Assembly: GCA_964347285.1 (NCBI GenBank) | Contig: CAYFYE010000011.1 | Location: 1-37,042 of the forward strand | DNA from: an uncultured Acidimicrobiia bacterium | GTDB taxonomy: Bacteria > Actinomycetota > Acidimicrobiia > Spongiisociales > JAOTWH01 | Direction of reading: 5' to 3' | DNA length: 37,042 bases | Shown: positions 36,752-37,042 of the stretch, one piece after another | Layout of the letters: each line of letters opens with the position of its first letter | Position numbering within the stretch: the first letter of the stretch is position 1 | Made by a program: the position numbers and the translations under genes | The notes under the pieces: model-generated | The model's input: only the letters and a program-made list of their open reading frames with translations | Told to the model about the DNA's origin: nothing | Database searches by the model: none

Positions 36752-36825
36752 AGCCGCTGAGGCTACCGGCGCCGATTTCGCCGTTAGTGACTCCACGTCG
36801 CCGCCGACAGGCGTAAGCTGAGGCC

Positions 36826-37042
36826 ATGAGAGAGTTCAGCGTCAGGCTCTCCAACCGGCCGGGAATGCTGGCGATGCTCACCGAGCAGCTCGCCGAAGCA
36901 GGAGTGGGTATCGAGGCCCTGGCCGCCTTTGGGATGGAGTCCGAGGGTCTCGTCCGCCTCATGGTCGACAACGAGGTGCTCACCCGCAAGATCCTCGGGC
37001 GCGACGGTCTGGAGTGGGAGGAGCGCGACATCCTCACCACCC
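36826..37042 (+). CDS. ACT domain protein (truncated by window edge)
   Basis: Not in the ORF track. Manual translation gives MREFSVRLSNRPGMLAMLTEQLAEAGVGIEAL..., the ACT signature NRPG.L...L...GV.I. Confidence 0.85.
   Translation, partial: MREFSVRLSNRPGMLAMLTEQLAEAGVGIEALAAFGMESEGLVRLMVDNEVLTRKILGRDGLEWEERDILTT

Overview
High-GC actinobacterial chromosome segment. The class is probably Acidimicrobiia, inferred from gene content and promoter motifs. The left half (1-18404, mostly minus strand) is the conserved core block M16 peptidase-dapB-dapA-rnj-ftsK-rimO-cinA-thpR-recA. It is interrupted by a lipoprotein, a thioredoxin-TPR chaperone, a 2-oxoacid dehydrogenase E1a/E1b/E2 cluster, a PHP phosphatase, a flavin reductase, a decayed gene and a cupin. 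The right half is a mosaic of accessory and housekeeping genes: arfB, a HEXXH+VWA protein coupled to a MoxR/CbbQ-like AAA+ ATPase, LOG, MDMPI, PPC, DUF4349, a PD-(D/E)xK-like protein, a pseudogenised propeller-like protein, dinB, DUF971, an F420-type oxidoreductase, DUF4032, SDR, flavin reductase, USP, haloalkane dehalogenase, NUDIX and ACT. I saw no rRNA, tRNA, CRISPR array or mobile element. Main points: (1) the AAA+ ATPase has an apparently reciprocal swap of the Mg2+-coordinating residues (Walker A GK-D, Walker B S-E) and is coupled to a metallopeptidase-motif VWA partner; (2) recA has two promoters, one with a perfect LexA box and one PafBC-like TGTCAC-N10-TAnnnT, and the TGTCAC motif recurs in front of dinB; (3) there is a perfect SigR/SigH-type promoter, widespread leaderless gene starts, and two clear pseudogenes plus one probable. 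All family calls come from motif recognition by eye, not database searches.
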